Positions 27,691 through 35,812 of a stretch of DNA of 64,000 nt are shown here, piece after piece. Each line of letters starts with the position of its first letter. Positions within the stretch are counted from its first letter, which is position 1. The stretch comes from a virus. The notes beneath the pieces were generated by a model. The model worked only from the letters and a program-made list of their open reading frames with translations, did no database searches and was not told the origin of the DNA. The position numbers and the translations under genes are program-made. The stretch covers positions 33,276 to 97,275 of IMG/VR virus record IMGVR_UViG_3300044612_000719. The stretch is one strand, 5' to 3'.

Positions 27691-27816
27691 GCGTCACGGG
27701 TCATCTTCGGATGGCTCGTGGCGCTCATAGAGCACTGGGGTTCATCCCCTGACTCCAGTGCTGTATGAGCGCAGAGCGCTCCGCTGGCAACCAGCCAGCG
27801 CAGTCCTGAGGAGGAC
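27691..27816 (+). repeat. Class I intergenic RNA element + SD hairpin GTCCT-GAGG-AGGAC
   Basis: H1 GCGTCACGGGTCATC-TTCG-GATGGCTCGTGGCGC; H2 GCGCTCATAGAGCACTGGGG...CTCCAGTGCTGTATGAGCGC. Confidence 0.75.
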
Positions 27817-27823
27817 ACACACC

Positions 27824-28342
27824 ATGAAAGCAACACGACAGCAACTACTCAATCTCGGAGCCAGCATCCTGAGCACTGCCTATGAAGGCGGGTCTTGCGG
27901 AATGGCTTCATGGGCAGTTGCCAATGGCACCTACAAGTGGGGCACGGAGAAGGGCGAAGGCGAATTGCACGGCAACGAGCACTACGCATCAGTCACCGTG
28001 TACGACACCGAAGCGTGCGAGTTGGTGGAAGACGAAGCCGAATTGGCGAAGTTGACCGATGACGATGGCTTCAATGGCTGGGGCGGGTTCTACCGCTTCG
28101 GCAAGCCACTCGTGATCAATGAGTCCATCATTGCTGACTTCATTGAGAAGATCGGCACAGGTGAGTTCAATCAGGACAATGTGCCTGACTACGGTCAACT
28201 GTCAATCAAGCGGGTGAGTGCCCTTGCAGGGTGCTACCTGTTCGGTGAAGACGCCATTGACGAATTTGAGTCCGACAATGACTGCATCGTGTCTGACACC
28301 ATCGTGCAGTTCATCCTGCTCGGTGAGGTCACATACGGCTGA
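27824..28342 (+). CDS. Early hypothetical protein (ends D..V.D.IVQ..LLGEV.YG)
   Basis: GAGGAGG RBS; start moved to MKATRQ. Confidence 0.75.
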   Translation: MKATRQQLLNLGASILSTAYEGGSCGMASWAVANGTYKWGTEKGEGELHGNEHYASVTVYDTEACELVEDEAELAKLTDDDGFNGWGGFYRFGKPLVINESIIADFIEKIGTGEFNQDNVPDYGQLSIKRVSALAGCYLFGEDAIDEFESDNDCIVSDTIVQFILLGEVTYG

Positions 28343-28346
28343 TCAA

Positions 28347-28427
28347 TCCCCCAGCGCCTAGGGCGTGGCTCTTCAATGAGCACTGGGGACTGTGAGCAAC
28401 CGCTCACTACAACGACCTGAGGAGGTC
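28347..28427 (+). repeat. Class II intergenic element (three-way junction with TTCAAT loop) + SD hairpin
   Basis: CCCCAG-CGCC.TAG.GGCG-TG-GCTC.TTCAAT.GAGC-A-CTGGGG; then GTGAGC/GCTCAC; GACCT-GAGG-AGGTC. Confidence 0.75.
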
Positions 28428-28433
28428 AACACC

Positions 28434-28841
28434 ATGAACACACTCACCAAACTGTACGAGATTCGTTTCTCGGGAACGGTTGAATGCGATATGGAGCCGA
28501 TCATGCACGACATTGCAGTCGCAATTGATAAGGGCACGCTGGAAGAGAGCGACAAGGCGTTTGCCGAGTTCGTAATGGCTCCACAGCGGATCGTGGTCAA
28601 GCGTCAAGGTAACAACACCTACGCAGTGGATCTGTCCATTGAGGGCGTGATCGCATTCGCCAAAGAGGTTGCCTATCGCAAAGAAAATGCGATTGACATC
28701 CGTACCGAGGAGGGCAGTTATGACCGAAACGGTTACAACTACCACACCAAAGTGATCCGTCAACTTGACACCGCATTGAAGGGCGCCAACAAGGTGCTCG
28801 CCAGTGTCGGTATCGCTCCAGTGACTTCATACTGGAATTGA
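28434..28841 (+). CDS. Early hypothetical protein
   Basis: SD hairpin then ATG (MNTLTK). Confidence 0.75.
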   Translation: MNTLTKLYEIRFSGTVECDMEPIMHDIAVAIDKGTLEESDKAFAEFVMAPQRIVVKRQGNNTYAVDLSIEGVIAFAKEVAYRKENAIDIRTEEGSYDRNGYNYHTKVIRQLDTALKGANKVLASVGIAPVTSYWN

Positions 28842-28847
28842 GTGATT

Positions 28848-28941
28848 GAGTGACCTAGTCACTCACCCCTAGCGCCTCGGGCGTGCCGATTCAATTCGGA
28901 CTAGGGACTGGGCAAATAGCCCTCGGAGCAGAGGAGGCTCC
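28848..28941 (+). repeat. Class II intergenic element + variant SD hairpin
   Basis: CCCTAG-CGCC.TCG.GGCG-TG-CCGA.TTCAAT.TCGG-A-CTAGGG; GGAGC-AGAGGAG-GCTCC. Confidence 0.75.
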
Positions 28942-28946
28942 ATACC

Positions 28947-29483
28947 ATGAAAACATCAGAGATAAAGCAGATAATTGCAAAGGATCCGAACGCTGTGTTT
29001 CGCATTGGCGGACGTGGTCGGTACACGCACTACGGCTCAATCACCAAGATTGAGGAGAAGGTCGTGGACACCTACAGCGCATGGGGTCGTAAGTCAGGCA
29101 CCCGTGTTGATGTGCGATTCACAGTGCGTTACGAGTACTTCACTCGTGGCGTTGAGGCTCAGTTTGGTTACCCCGAGAAGTTGCCTTCAGTGATACTGGA
29201 CGGAAACTCGTGGACTAAGCCACGTGACATTGAATGGCACGTAGCGGACTTCGGTATGACCATTGAGGAGTACGTAGCAAAGACTGATGCTGAAGTGAAG
29301 GCGGATTGGCAAGCCAAGAAGGACGACCAATACGCAAAGCAACAGCAGGTCAATGCGATCATCCGACACATCAGTAGCCCAACGGTTACCGATGCCGAGT
29401 GGAACGAACTCAACGATGATCTAGAGCGACTCAGTGTTCAGACATTGCAATTAATCAATCAGAAGATCGCATCACTTGTGTGA
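28947..29483 (+). CDS. Early hypothetical protein
   Basis: ORF track, strong RBS. Confidence 0.75.
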   Translation: MKTSEIKQIIAKDPNAVFRIGGRGRYTHYGSITKIEEKVVDTYSAWGRKSGTRVDVRFTVRYEYFTRGVEAQFGYPEKLPSVILDGNSWTKPRDIEWHVADFGMTIEEYVAKTDAEVKADWQAKKDDQYAKQQQVNAIIRHISSPTVTDAEWNELNDDLERLSVQTLQLINQKIASLV

Positions 29484-29489
29484 TGTGGT

Positions 29490-29597
29490 CGGGAGCATCA
29501 CGGGTTCGCCCGTGGTGCCCTCACAGTGCATCGGCGTTGTGTCGGTGCATTGTGAGGGCATACAATTGCCCGTTCAACTAACAGACCCGAGGAGGTC
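29490..29597 (+). repeat. Class I intergenic element + SD hairpin
   Basis: GCATCACGGG-TTCG-CCCGTGGTGC; GCCCTCACAGTGCATCGGC...GTCGGTGCATTGTGAGGGC; GACC-CGAGGA-GGTC. Confidence 0.8.
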
Positions 29598-29601
29598 AAC
29601 C

Positions 29602-29856
29602 ATGGATGCAAGTATTCACAAAGTAACTGGGTTTCGGATTGAGAAGTCCGATGACCCACGACTCAAGACAATTGATCTCGTGATTCAATACGAGGATTTG
29701 TCGTTTGTTCGTTCCCAATATGAGAACGGCAGTGAGTCATTCGGTTACGCAAAATTGGAGTCCACGATCACGCTGTTCATCAGTGACACCGTTGACATGG
29801 ACGTGGTGGTGTGGCAAGCAATTGCAAACCTCACTTCCGATCTTGCCAATAGGTGA
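29602..29856 (+). CDS. Early hypothetical protein
   Basis: SD hairpin then ATG (MDASIH). Confidence 0.7.
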   Translation: MDASIHKVTGFRIEKSDDPRLKTIDLVIQYEDLSFVRSQYENGSESFGYAKLESTITLFISDTVDMDVVVWQAIANLTSDLANR

Positions 29857-29868
29857 GTAATCCGCAGT

Positions 29869-29978
29869 GGGCAGTCATGGCGCAAGCCATGGCGTGCTCG
29901 GAGTGCACTGATCCCCCATCGGTGCATTCCGAGGACGCAAGTCCATTCACATTCCCTAACTGAAACTTGAGGAGGTTT
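29869..29978 (+). repeat. Class I intergenic element (sequence-diverged) + SD hairpin
   Basis: GTCATGGC-GCAA-GCCATGGC; CTCGGAGTGCACTGAT...ATCGGTGCATTCCGAG; GGAC-GCAA-GTCC; AAACTT-GAGG-AGGTTT. Confidence 0.75.
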
Positions 29979-29979
29979 T

Positions 29980-30696
29980 ATGGGAGCAATAACACCAAAG
30001 CAACAGGCATTCATTCGCACGATGCTCTTAGAGCGTGCTGTCACACTCGGTCTTGATGAGGCTGGTGTTGACCAGTACCTCGTAGATCAGAACGTGAATG
30101 CATTGTCAACTAAGGATGCTTCGCTCGTCATTGATGCGATCAAGAAGATTGAGATCAAGCGAGTGGGCACCGAGCACCTGCCGAAGGGTGATCGCACCAT
30201 CGTCAACAAGATCGCCAAGCCATGCCAACTGTGCGGACACACCGTGCAGATCGGTCATGGCTGGAGCGTTCAAGTTGCCAGTGGCTGGCAGACATTCCAC
30301 AAGGCTGGTGAGTGTTCAGCCGAGGTCATCGCCAAGCCAGTAGATGAGCAATCGCTCTTCGCTGATGTCAAGGATGGCTTCTATGCGTTGCAGTCAACGG
30401 GCACCAATGATCTCGTGTTCTATGCGATCAAGACCAACAAGGGCTACCACAATGCGAGCCTGAAGGGTCAACGTGGCATGTACATCGTGGTCGGCGGTCA
30501 CGCTGACGAGAAGTTGCGTGGCGAGCGCTTGGTCAATTCAATCAAGCGCATCACGTCACTCAGTGAGGATGAACGCAAGCAAGCAATGACGCTGTACGGT
30601 CAGGAGATCGGGCGCTGTTGTGTGTGCGGTCGTCATCTCACTGATGAAGCAACACGCAAGGCTGGTATCGGCAACGACTGCGCAAGCAGGTTCTAG
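29980..30696 (+). CDS. DUF6011-like zinc-binding protein
   Basis: ITPKQQAFI; CQLCG; C-terminal GRCCVCGRHLTDEATRKAGIGNDCA. Confidence 0.75.
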   Translation: MGAITPKQQAFIRTMLLERAVTLGLDEAGVDQYLVDQNVNALSTKDASLVIDAIKKIEIKRVGTEHLPKGDRTIVNKIAKPCQLCGHTVQIGHGWSVQVASGWQTFHKAGECSAEVIAKPVDEQSLFADVKDGFYALQSTGTNDLVFYAIKTNKGYHNASLKGQRGMYIVVGGHADEKLRGERLVNSIKRITSLSEDERKQAMTLYGQEIGRCCVCGRHLTDEATRKAGIGNDCASRF

Positions 30697-30701
30697 GTAG
30701 T

Positions 30702-30807
30702 CACGTCACGGGCACACGCTCGTGGCGTGCTCACATTCCATGGGAGCGATCTCGTGGAGTGTGAGCACGCAAGTGCAATTCACAATTCCAATAGACCTGA
30801 GGAGGTC
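30702..30807 (+). repeat. Class I intergenic element + SD hairpin
   Basis: CACGTCACGGGC-ACAC-GCTCGTGGCGTG; GTGCTCACATTCCATGGGA...TCTCGTGGAGTGTGAGCAC; GACCT-GAGG-AGGTC. Confidence 0.8.
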
Positions 30808-30812
30808 AGACC

Positions 30813-32342
30813 GTGAGTAATCAATTAGAGCAATTAAATACATTGCTTGGTTCACTGCATCGCATACCACCAGCAATCATTGCTGATCCTGCGTTGCTTG
30901 AATTGAGCAGTGCACATGACGGCGAATGCCCAGTGGAACTCGCTGTTCCGCTGTTCCCATTCCAACGTGCTGGTGTCGCTTATGCATTGAAGCAGAAGCG
31001 AGTGATCATCGGTGACGAGATGGGACTCGGCAAGACACCGAGCGGTATCGCTGTTGCGGTACAGGCAGTCAATGAGAAGCACAAGGTGCTCGTAGTAGTG
31101 CCACCATCGCTTCGCATCAACTGGCTTCGCTCATTCAAGATGTTCGCACCATGGCTCAACGTGGCTGTGGTGACGGGCAACAAGGTGGGCGCTCTGCCGA
31201 AGGAGCCAGTAGTCATCATCGGTGACTCCAACATTGACGCTTGGTCAATCAAGTTGGCTGGCAAGTTCGGTGCGCTCATCGTTGACGAGGCACATCGTGC
31301 CAAGACCGAGAGTGCTGGACGCACCAAGGGCATCTCATTCATTGCGAAGTCAATCCCTGAGGAGGGATACGTCACGCTGTTGAGTGGCACCATCATCGTC
31401 AATCGTCCGAACGAATTGATCAGCCCGCTGAATATTCTCGGCAGGCTTGACCGAGTGTTCGGTGGCAAATCAGCGTTTCGCTTCCGCTACTGCGATCCCA
31501 TTCACAATGGCTGGGGTTACGTGTACAACGGTGCGAGCAACACCACTGAGTTGAACGAGAAGTTGCGAGGCACGTGCTACGTGCGCCGTAACAAGTCGGA
31601 CGTGCTCACCGAGTTGCCTGCCAAGCGCCGTGCACAAGTAGCGACCGAGATCAGCGACAGCGATCTCAGCGCATACATGCACGCCGAGAATGACTTCCGT
31701 GACTTCGTTATCGCCAATGGCGGTGCTGAAGCATGGCAGAAGGCATCCAAGGCTGAGACCATCACACGCCTCAATGCACTGCGCATGTTGCTCGGTGTTG
31801 CGAAGGTGCCATACGTGGTGGATCACGTTGAGCAACTAGTTGCTGAAGGTGAGAAGGTCATCGTGTTCGCACATCACAAGGATGTCATCGCACGCTTGAC
31901 TACAGCACTCACTCCGCATGGCGTGGTGCGTGTCATCGGTGGCATGAGCGATGAAGCCAAGCAAGCATCAGTGGATGCATTTCAGAATGACCCCGAGGTC
32001 AAAGTGTTCATCGGGCAATTCCAATCTGCTGGTGTTGGTCTCACGCTCACAGCGTCATCGCACGTTGTGTTCGCTGAGATCCCATTCACGCCTGCCGAAG
32101 CCACGCAGGCTGAGGATCGTGCGCACCGCATTGGTCAGACGTCAAGCGTTCTCGCTTGGTGGATGATCGGCGTGGGTAATAACCCTGACATCCCGTTGCT
32201 GGACGATCGGATGTGGGCATTGCTCAACAGCAAGCACGAGGTCGTCTCCAGTGTTCTCACTGGACAGGGCGAAGACATGGGAGCCGAGGGTGGAAGCATC
32301 ACTCAGGCACTCATTGAAGCAATTGTCGGCAACGGCATCTGA
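30813..32342 (+). CDS. SNF2-family (SMARCAL1/HARP-like) helicase/annealing ATPase
   Basis: IIGDEMGLGKT; IVDEAH; LLSGT; GVGLTLT; QAEDRAHRIGQ. Confidence 0.9.
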   Translation: MSNQLEQLNTLLGSLHRIPPAIIADPALLELSSAHDGECPVELAVPLFPFQRAGVAYALKQKRVIIGDEMGLGKTPSGIAVAVQAVNEKHKVLVVVPPSLRINWLRSFKMFAPWLNVAVVTGNKVGALPKEPVVIIGDSNIDAWSIKLAGKFGALIVDEAHRAKTESAGRTKGISFIAKSIPEEGYVTLLSGTIIVNRPNELISPLNILGRLDRVFGGKSAFRFRYCDPIHNGWGYVYNGASNTTELNEKLRGTCYVRRNKSDVLTELPAKRRAQVATEISDSDLSAYMHAENDFRDFVIANGGAEAWQKASKAETITRLNALRMLLGVAKVPYVVDHVEQLVAEGEKVIVFAHHKDVIARLTTALTPHGVVRVIGGMSDEAKQASVDAFQNDPEVKVFIGQFQSAGVGLTLTASSHVVFAEIPFTPAEATQAEDRAHRIGQTSSVLAWWMIGVGNNPDIPLLDDRMWALLNSKHEVVSSVLTGQGEDMGAEGGSITQALIEAIVGNGI

Positions 32343-32343
32343 C

Positions 32344-32523
32344 CACTGGCGCTCGGCGCCTTCATGGTCGGTGCCTGTAGCGACATCCGAAGCGTTTAGT
32401 CCTCACTGGACGCTTCACAGTGCATCACGGGCGCAAGCCCGTGGTGTTCTCACACTCCATTGGCATATCGTTGGTGGAGTGTGAGAACATCACCCGATGT
32501 TCAACTAGCCCTTTAAGGAGGGG
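32344..32523 (+). repeat. Extra three-way structure, then class I element + SD hairpin
   Basis: CACTG...GAAGCGTTTAGT-CCTC-ACTGGACGCTTC..CAGTG; GCATCACGGGC-GCAA-GCCCGTGGTGT; TGTTCTCACACTCC...GGAGTGTGAGAACA; CCTTT-AAGG-AGGGG. Confidence 0.75.
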
Positions 32524-32526
32524 ATC

Positions 32527-32766
32527 ATGAAAGTAAGTCACGCAATTAAATTATTGAGTGAGATCAATCCTGACGAAGAGATTGCTATCTCTTGGTGGGA
32601 ATCAAACCTGTTCACCATTAGTGACAATAACGAACCACTACCAGCAGACTCAGAACTGTGGCTCAAAGCAGTCTCAGTGTTTGATGCCAACGGTGGTTAT
32701 GACAGTGTCAACCAGTTGGTGTGGGATTACCTCAATTACGACATCAAGCAAGAAGGAGAGTTCTAA
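32527..32766 (+). CDS. Early acidic hypothetical protein
   Basis: ORF track, RBS. Confidence 0.7.
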   Translation: MKVSHAIKLLSEINPDEEIAISWWESNLFTISDNNEPLPADSELWLKAVSVFDANGGYDSVNQLVWDYLNYDIKQEGEF

Positions 32767-33152
32767 TGAGCAACAACGAAACACGACCTACTGAGGGGTC
32801 AATCATCAACTTGGTTGACGTAGAAGGGAATCAATCAAAAATGAAAGTATCGGGAATCGGCACACCAATTGGTGCGTGGGCAATCATCCAATGGAAGGAC
32901 ACGCAACAGGAGGACGAGGTGTACATCTCGTTCGGCACGTGGAATGAGAACGAGTGGGGCGGTGAGTTTGACTCACTGGGCAACCGAGACGATGAGGTCT
33001 TCTTCTACTGCGAAGACGGCGAAGAGGAACTCAAGGCGCTCGTGGGCAGTAGCAACGAAGACTTCGTGGTCTTGTCGTACGACATTGACTACAGCATCCC
33101 ATTGGTACTCGCTGATATGGACGAGCCAGTCTTCGCTGAAGACGGGGAATGA
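32766..33152 (+). CDS. Early acidic hypothetical protein
   Basis: TAATG coupling, AAGGAG RBS; very Asp/Glu-rich. Confidence 0.7.
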   Translation: MSNNETRPTEGSIINLVDVEGNQSKMKVSGIGTPIGAWAIIQWKDTQQEDEVYISFGTWNENEWGGEFDSLGNRDDEVFFYCEDGEEELKALVGSSNEDFVVLSYDIDYSIPLVLADMDEPVFAEDGE

Positions 33153-33269
33153 TCGGGAGCATCACGGGCTACGGCTCGTGGTGCCCTCACAGCACATAAA
33201 TTCTGTTTGTGTGTTGTGAGGGTACAGAGTGCCCGATAAATTAGTTAATCCCTATGACCTGAGGAGGTC
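33152..33269 (+). repeat. Class I intergenic element + SD hairpin
   Basis: GCATCACGGGC-TACG-GCTCGTGGTGC; GCCCTCACAGCAC...GTGTTGTGAGGGT; GACCT-GAGG-AGGTC. Confidence 0.8.
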
Positions 33270-33271
33270 TT

Positions 33272-33631
33272 ATGTTAGAGCCAGTAATCACGATGACCGT
33301 TGAGCAATGGGAAGAGCAATACGAACCCTTTGTTAATCACCTAGATGCGGATGCATCATGGGCAACCGATGACGCCAACGGCATCATGTTTGAGACATAC
33401 GGTGCCGAAGTTGATTATGTGTTTGCCCGACCGCTCAACCACACATGGACATATGTGGACGGCGAAGAAGGCACATACATTCTTGCTGGACGCCATCTCG
33501 TAAATCGCATCGGTTACTTCGTAACTGCGGTGCCATGGAAGGATGACTTCAACACCAAGTATGAAATTCAAGTAAGTGCCAATGATGATTATTACCAAAC
33601 AGTGTTAGACCTTGAAGGAGGTAACCAATGA
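33272..33631 (+). CDS. Early hypothetical protein (FETYG.E...WT.VD...G.H.VNRIGY family)
   Basis: Recurrent phage motif; SD hairpin. Confidence 0.75.
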   Translation: MLEPVITMTVEQWEEQYEPFVNHLDADASWATDDANGIMFETYGAEVDYVFARPLNHTWTYVDGEEGTYILAGRHLVNRIGYFVTAVPWKDDFNTKYEIQVSANDDYYQTVLDLEGGNQ

Positions 33632-33858
33632 AACAACCAACAACATACATCACCACACTTGCTGTTGAAGTAGGCATGGAAGTAGAACTACTTGTGCAGA
33701 TATCTCCGAAGGAGACATTTGAATACGCAGGCATCGTCTCACACATCAGCGAGACCGAGTTGTCAATGTGGACTACAGACAGTCCGAACGACACCTACGA
33801 GAACGAGCGTGAGATTGACATCCCACTCTCAAAGATCATCTCAGTGGACGTGTTCTGA
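33628..33858 (+). CDS. Early acidic hypothetical protein
   Basis: AAGGAGG RBS in a variant hairpin. Confidence 0.65.
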   Translation: MKQPTTYITTLAVEVGMEVELLVQISPKETFEYAGIVSHISETELSMWTTDSPNDTYENEREIDIPLSKIISVDVF

Positions 33859-34109
33859 TGATCCTCGGTGGGTACCCAGTAGTGCGCAGGGACTTGGTGG
33901 AGGCGGATCTTTTGATCCCCTCCGTCAATACCAACGAGTACTACGGGGACGAGCAACTGTCCAAGATGAAGTACATCGGCAGTGTCAATGAGCAGTTTGA
34001 AGATGACGACTCGGGCGCTTACATCAAGTTCTACGCACCTGAAGGTCATGTCGTGTATCTGTACAACATTGACTTAGATTGGATTGAAACATCGTTAAGC
34101 GAGTCCTGA
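33858..34109 (+). CDS. Early acidic hypothetical protein
   Basis: TGATG coupling. Confidence 0.65.
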   Translation: MILGGYPVVRRDLVEADLLIPSVNTNEYYGDEQLSKMKYIGSVNEQFEDDDSGAYIKFYAPEGHVVYLYNIDLDWIETSLSES

Positions 34110-34123
34110 GAGGCTCGTACGAA

Positions 34124-34245
34124 GGGTGACATCAGCCTCGGCTGGTGTCATCCCGTGAGCACTCCCCTTGATCCGCCTTGGGGAGTGTTCACGGGGTGAA
34201 GCAACCCTGCAACACCCATCAACAACAATGATCTGAGGAGGTCAT
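34124..34245 (+). repeat. Class I intergenic element (diverged) + SD hairpin
   Basis: GGTGACATCAGC...GCTGGTGTCATC; CCCGTGAGCACTCCCC...GGGGAGTGTTCACGGG; ATGATCT-GAGG-AGGTCAT. Confidence 0.75.
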
Positions 34246-34491
34246 ATGAAGCAATGGAATGTCACACTCTCGCTCCAAACGGGCGTGTATCTAGAAGGAG
34301 TCAATGCAAAGGATCCACTGGCACTGTACGAGGGCGACCTTAGTTACAGCGCTGTGGTCACAGCATTGATTGATCAATTGCAATCAGGTCAAGCAACACT
34401 TGACTGGGTCGTAGAGGAAGTGGAAACACTGGACGGCGTCACCGTATGCCGTGACGATGAAGATCATGTATGGATGGGAGACGTGGTATGA
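34246..34491 (+). CDS. Early hypothetical protein
   Basis: ORF track, SD hairpin. Confidence 0.65.
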   Translation: MKQWNVTLSLQTGVYLEGVNAKDPLALYEGDLSYSAVVTALIDQLQSGQATLDWVVEEVETLDGVTVCRDDEDHVWMGDVV

Positions 34492-34694
34492 GCAAAGGCT
34501 GGGTCTCACAGATCGTCATGCTTCTCGGAGTCACCGAGATGGAAGCCGAGCAGATGGACAAGTACGCCCTTGAAGAAGGACTGTACAACGAGATAGATAG
34601 CAGTGAAGCCACCGTGGCAGAACTCAAAGGGTTCTACACGATGGTCTGCGATGAGTACAGAAGAGCAAACAACATTCAAACAAAGAGCCTTTAG
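34488..34694 (+). CDS. Early hypothetical protein
   Basis: ATGA overlap, GGGAG RBS. Confidence 0.6.
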   Translation: MSKGWVSQIVMLLGVTEMEAEQMDKYALEEGLYNEIDSSEATVAELKGFYTMVCDEYRRANNIQTKSL

Positions 34695-34702
34695 GAGGGC
34701 AT

Positions 34703-34837
34703 ATGGATAACGGATTCACCATTCACATAAGCGGTCACGCAATTGATTGCTTTGTGTTTTTTGTAATTGGGATCTCTTGGGGGATCGTACTTACACGAGC
34801 ATTAGACATGTACAGAGACAGAAGGAAGGCAAAGTAA
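34703..34837 (+). CDS. 44-aa single-TM protein (not in ORF track)
   Basis: GCCTT-TAGG-AGGGC SD hairpin; ...CFVFFVIGISWGIVLTRAL...RRKAK. Confidence 0.6.
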   Translation: MDNGFTIHISGHAIDCFVFFVIGISWGIVLTRALDMYRDRRKAK

Positions 34838-35133
34838 TGGGAAGCATCAATGCACTAGACATGGCAGAAGCCATGGAAGACGGAATGATTGAACTACGAC
34901 AGGCGCTCGCATGGCACCTGCAAAGCAATCACTACCCAGCGGTACCACTTAACATGATTGATCCATGCGTGGTGGCAATTCAATTGGTCACCGAAGGTGA
35001 GCACGACACCAACGTCTCGCTCCCCGATGGGATCTTGTGGAGGGGTCAGCCAGTTGCTCCAGCGTGGGCAGTGGTGGATGCACACCATCTTGAGTCATTC
35101 ATTGACACCAGTGAAGAAGACTGGGGCTTCTAA
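34837..35133 (+). CDS. Early hypothetical protein (WHLQSNHYP...P.......HHLE.F family)
   Basis: TAATG coupling; start moved to MGSIN. Confidence 0.7.
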   Translation: MGSINALDMAEAMEDGMIELRQALAWHLQSNHYPAVPLNMIDPCVVAIQLVTEGEHDTNVSLPDGILWRGQPVAPAWAVVDAHHLESFIDTSEEDWGF

Positions 35134-35282
35134 TGGATGAATTCACACTTCAAGTCACGGTGCGCAAGCGCTCTGACATGGACGAACCAACCAATGCCCC
35201 CGATGCAATACGTCTCGTTGAGGCGCTGTTGACGTTGGGGTCATTCATAGAAATCGTAGAAATTACGGAGGTAAAGCAGTGA
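35133..35282 (+). CDS. 49-aa hypothetical protein (not in ORF track)
   Basis: TAATG coupling; open frame fills gap. Confidence 0.5.
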   Translation: MDEFTLQVTVRKRSDMDEPTNAPDAIRLVEALLTLGSFIEIVEITEVKQ

Positions 35283-35440
35283 ACAACATGAGAGCAGTTG
35301 AGTTAGTCAATCAAATTCAAGACGAACTGGGAATCACAGGGTTTACATGGTTCAAGTACGACCTAGGTCTTGTGCTACCAGCAAAATCACTAGAGGACAT
35401 CTTGTCCGCAATCATCAGACTTAAGGAGAAAGCATCATGA
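35279..35440 (+). CDS. 53-aa hypothetical protein (not in ORF track)
   Basis: GGAGG RBS, GTGA overlap with upstream stop. Confidence 0.5.
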   Translation: MNNMRAVELVNQIQDELGITGFTWFKYDLGLVLPAKSLEDILSAIIRLKEKAS

Positions 35441-35721
35441 AGGACTACACAGTCACCAATCGCAGGATCACAGTGGCGTTCTATGTGTATCTTGCGGTGC
35501 TTGTAACAGCATTCGTAGTAATACTGTTCCGAGATTACGCAGAGCGCATGGACTCCTACGTCTGTGACGTCAAGCAACACACCGTGTCATACGGGGAGAG
35601 CCTATGGGAGATCGCTCAGAGCAACTGCTCAGGCAACATAGAGTCCGCCGTTAATGACCTAGTAGAGACCTACGGGTCAACCATCCAAAACGGGCAGGTC
35701 ATTGACCTTCCCACAAAATAA
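35437..35721 (+). CDS. Membrane-anchored LysM-domain protein
   Basis: TM helix, then HTVSYGESLWEIA...IQNGQVIDLP. Confidence 0.85.
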   Translation: MKDYTVTNRRITVAFYVYLAVLVTAFVVILFRDYAERMDSYVCDVKQHTVSYGESLWEIAQSNCSGNIESAVNDLVETYGSTIQNGQVIDLPTK

Positions 35722-35730
35722 GAACAGAAG

Positions 35731-35759
35731 TTGCAATTCCCGTGCCACGGTGATAATTT
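35731..35759 (+). promoter_or_regulatory. Sigma-A-like promoter
   Basis: TTGCAA-17 bp-TAATTT with extended TG. Confidence 0.5.
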
Positions 35760-35812
35760 TATTGTCGTAGTACAAAACATCAAATAAACCAAACAACTAA
35801 CAAGGAGACATC

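Noticed and set aside
26566-27836. Short ORFs in the strand-switch region
   Set aside because: No RBS or leaderless promoter, atypical composition, and overlap with DnaA boxes and RNA structures
27691-34217. Intrinsic terminators
   Set aside because: Hairpins lack U-tracts, and the multi-helix architecture plus downstream SD hairpin exceeds what a terminator needs; U-less actinobacterial termination cannot be fully excluded
27691-34245. CRISPR array or integron attC cassettes as the explanation for the repeated elements (Cas4-like gene present)
   Set aside because: Repeats are not identical and are separated by whole genes; no consistent GTTRRRY/RYYYAAC ends and no integrase here; stand-alone Cas4-like nucleases are common in phages
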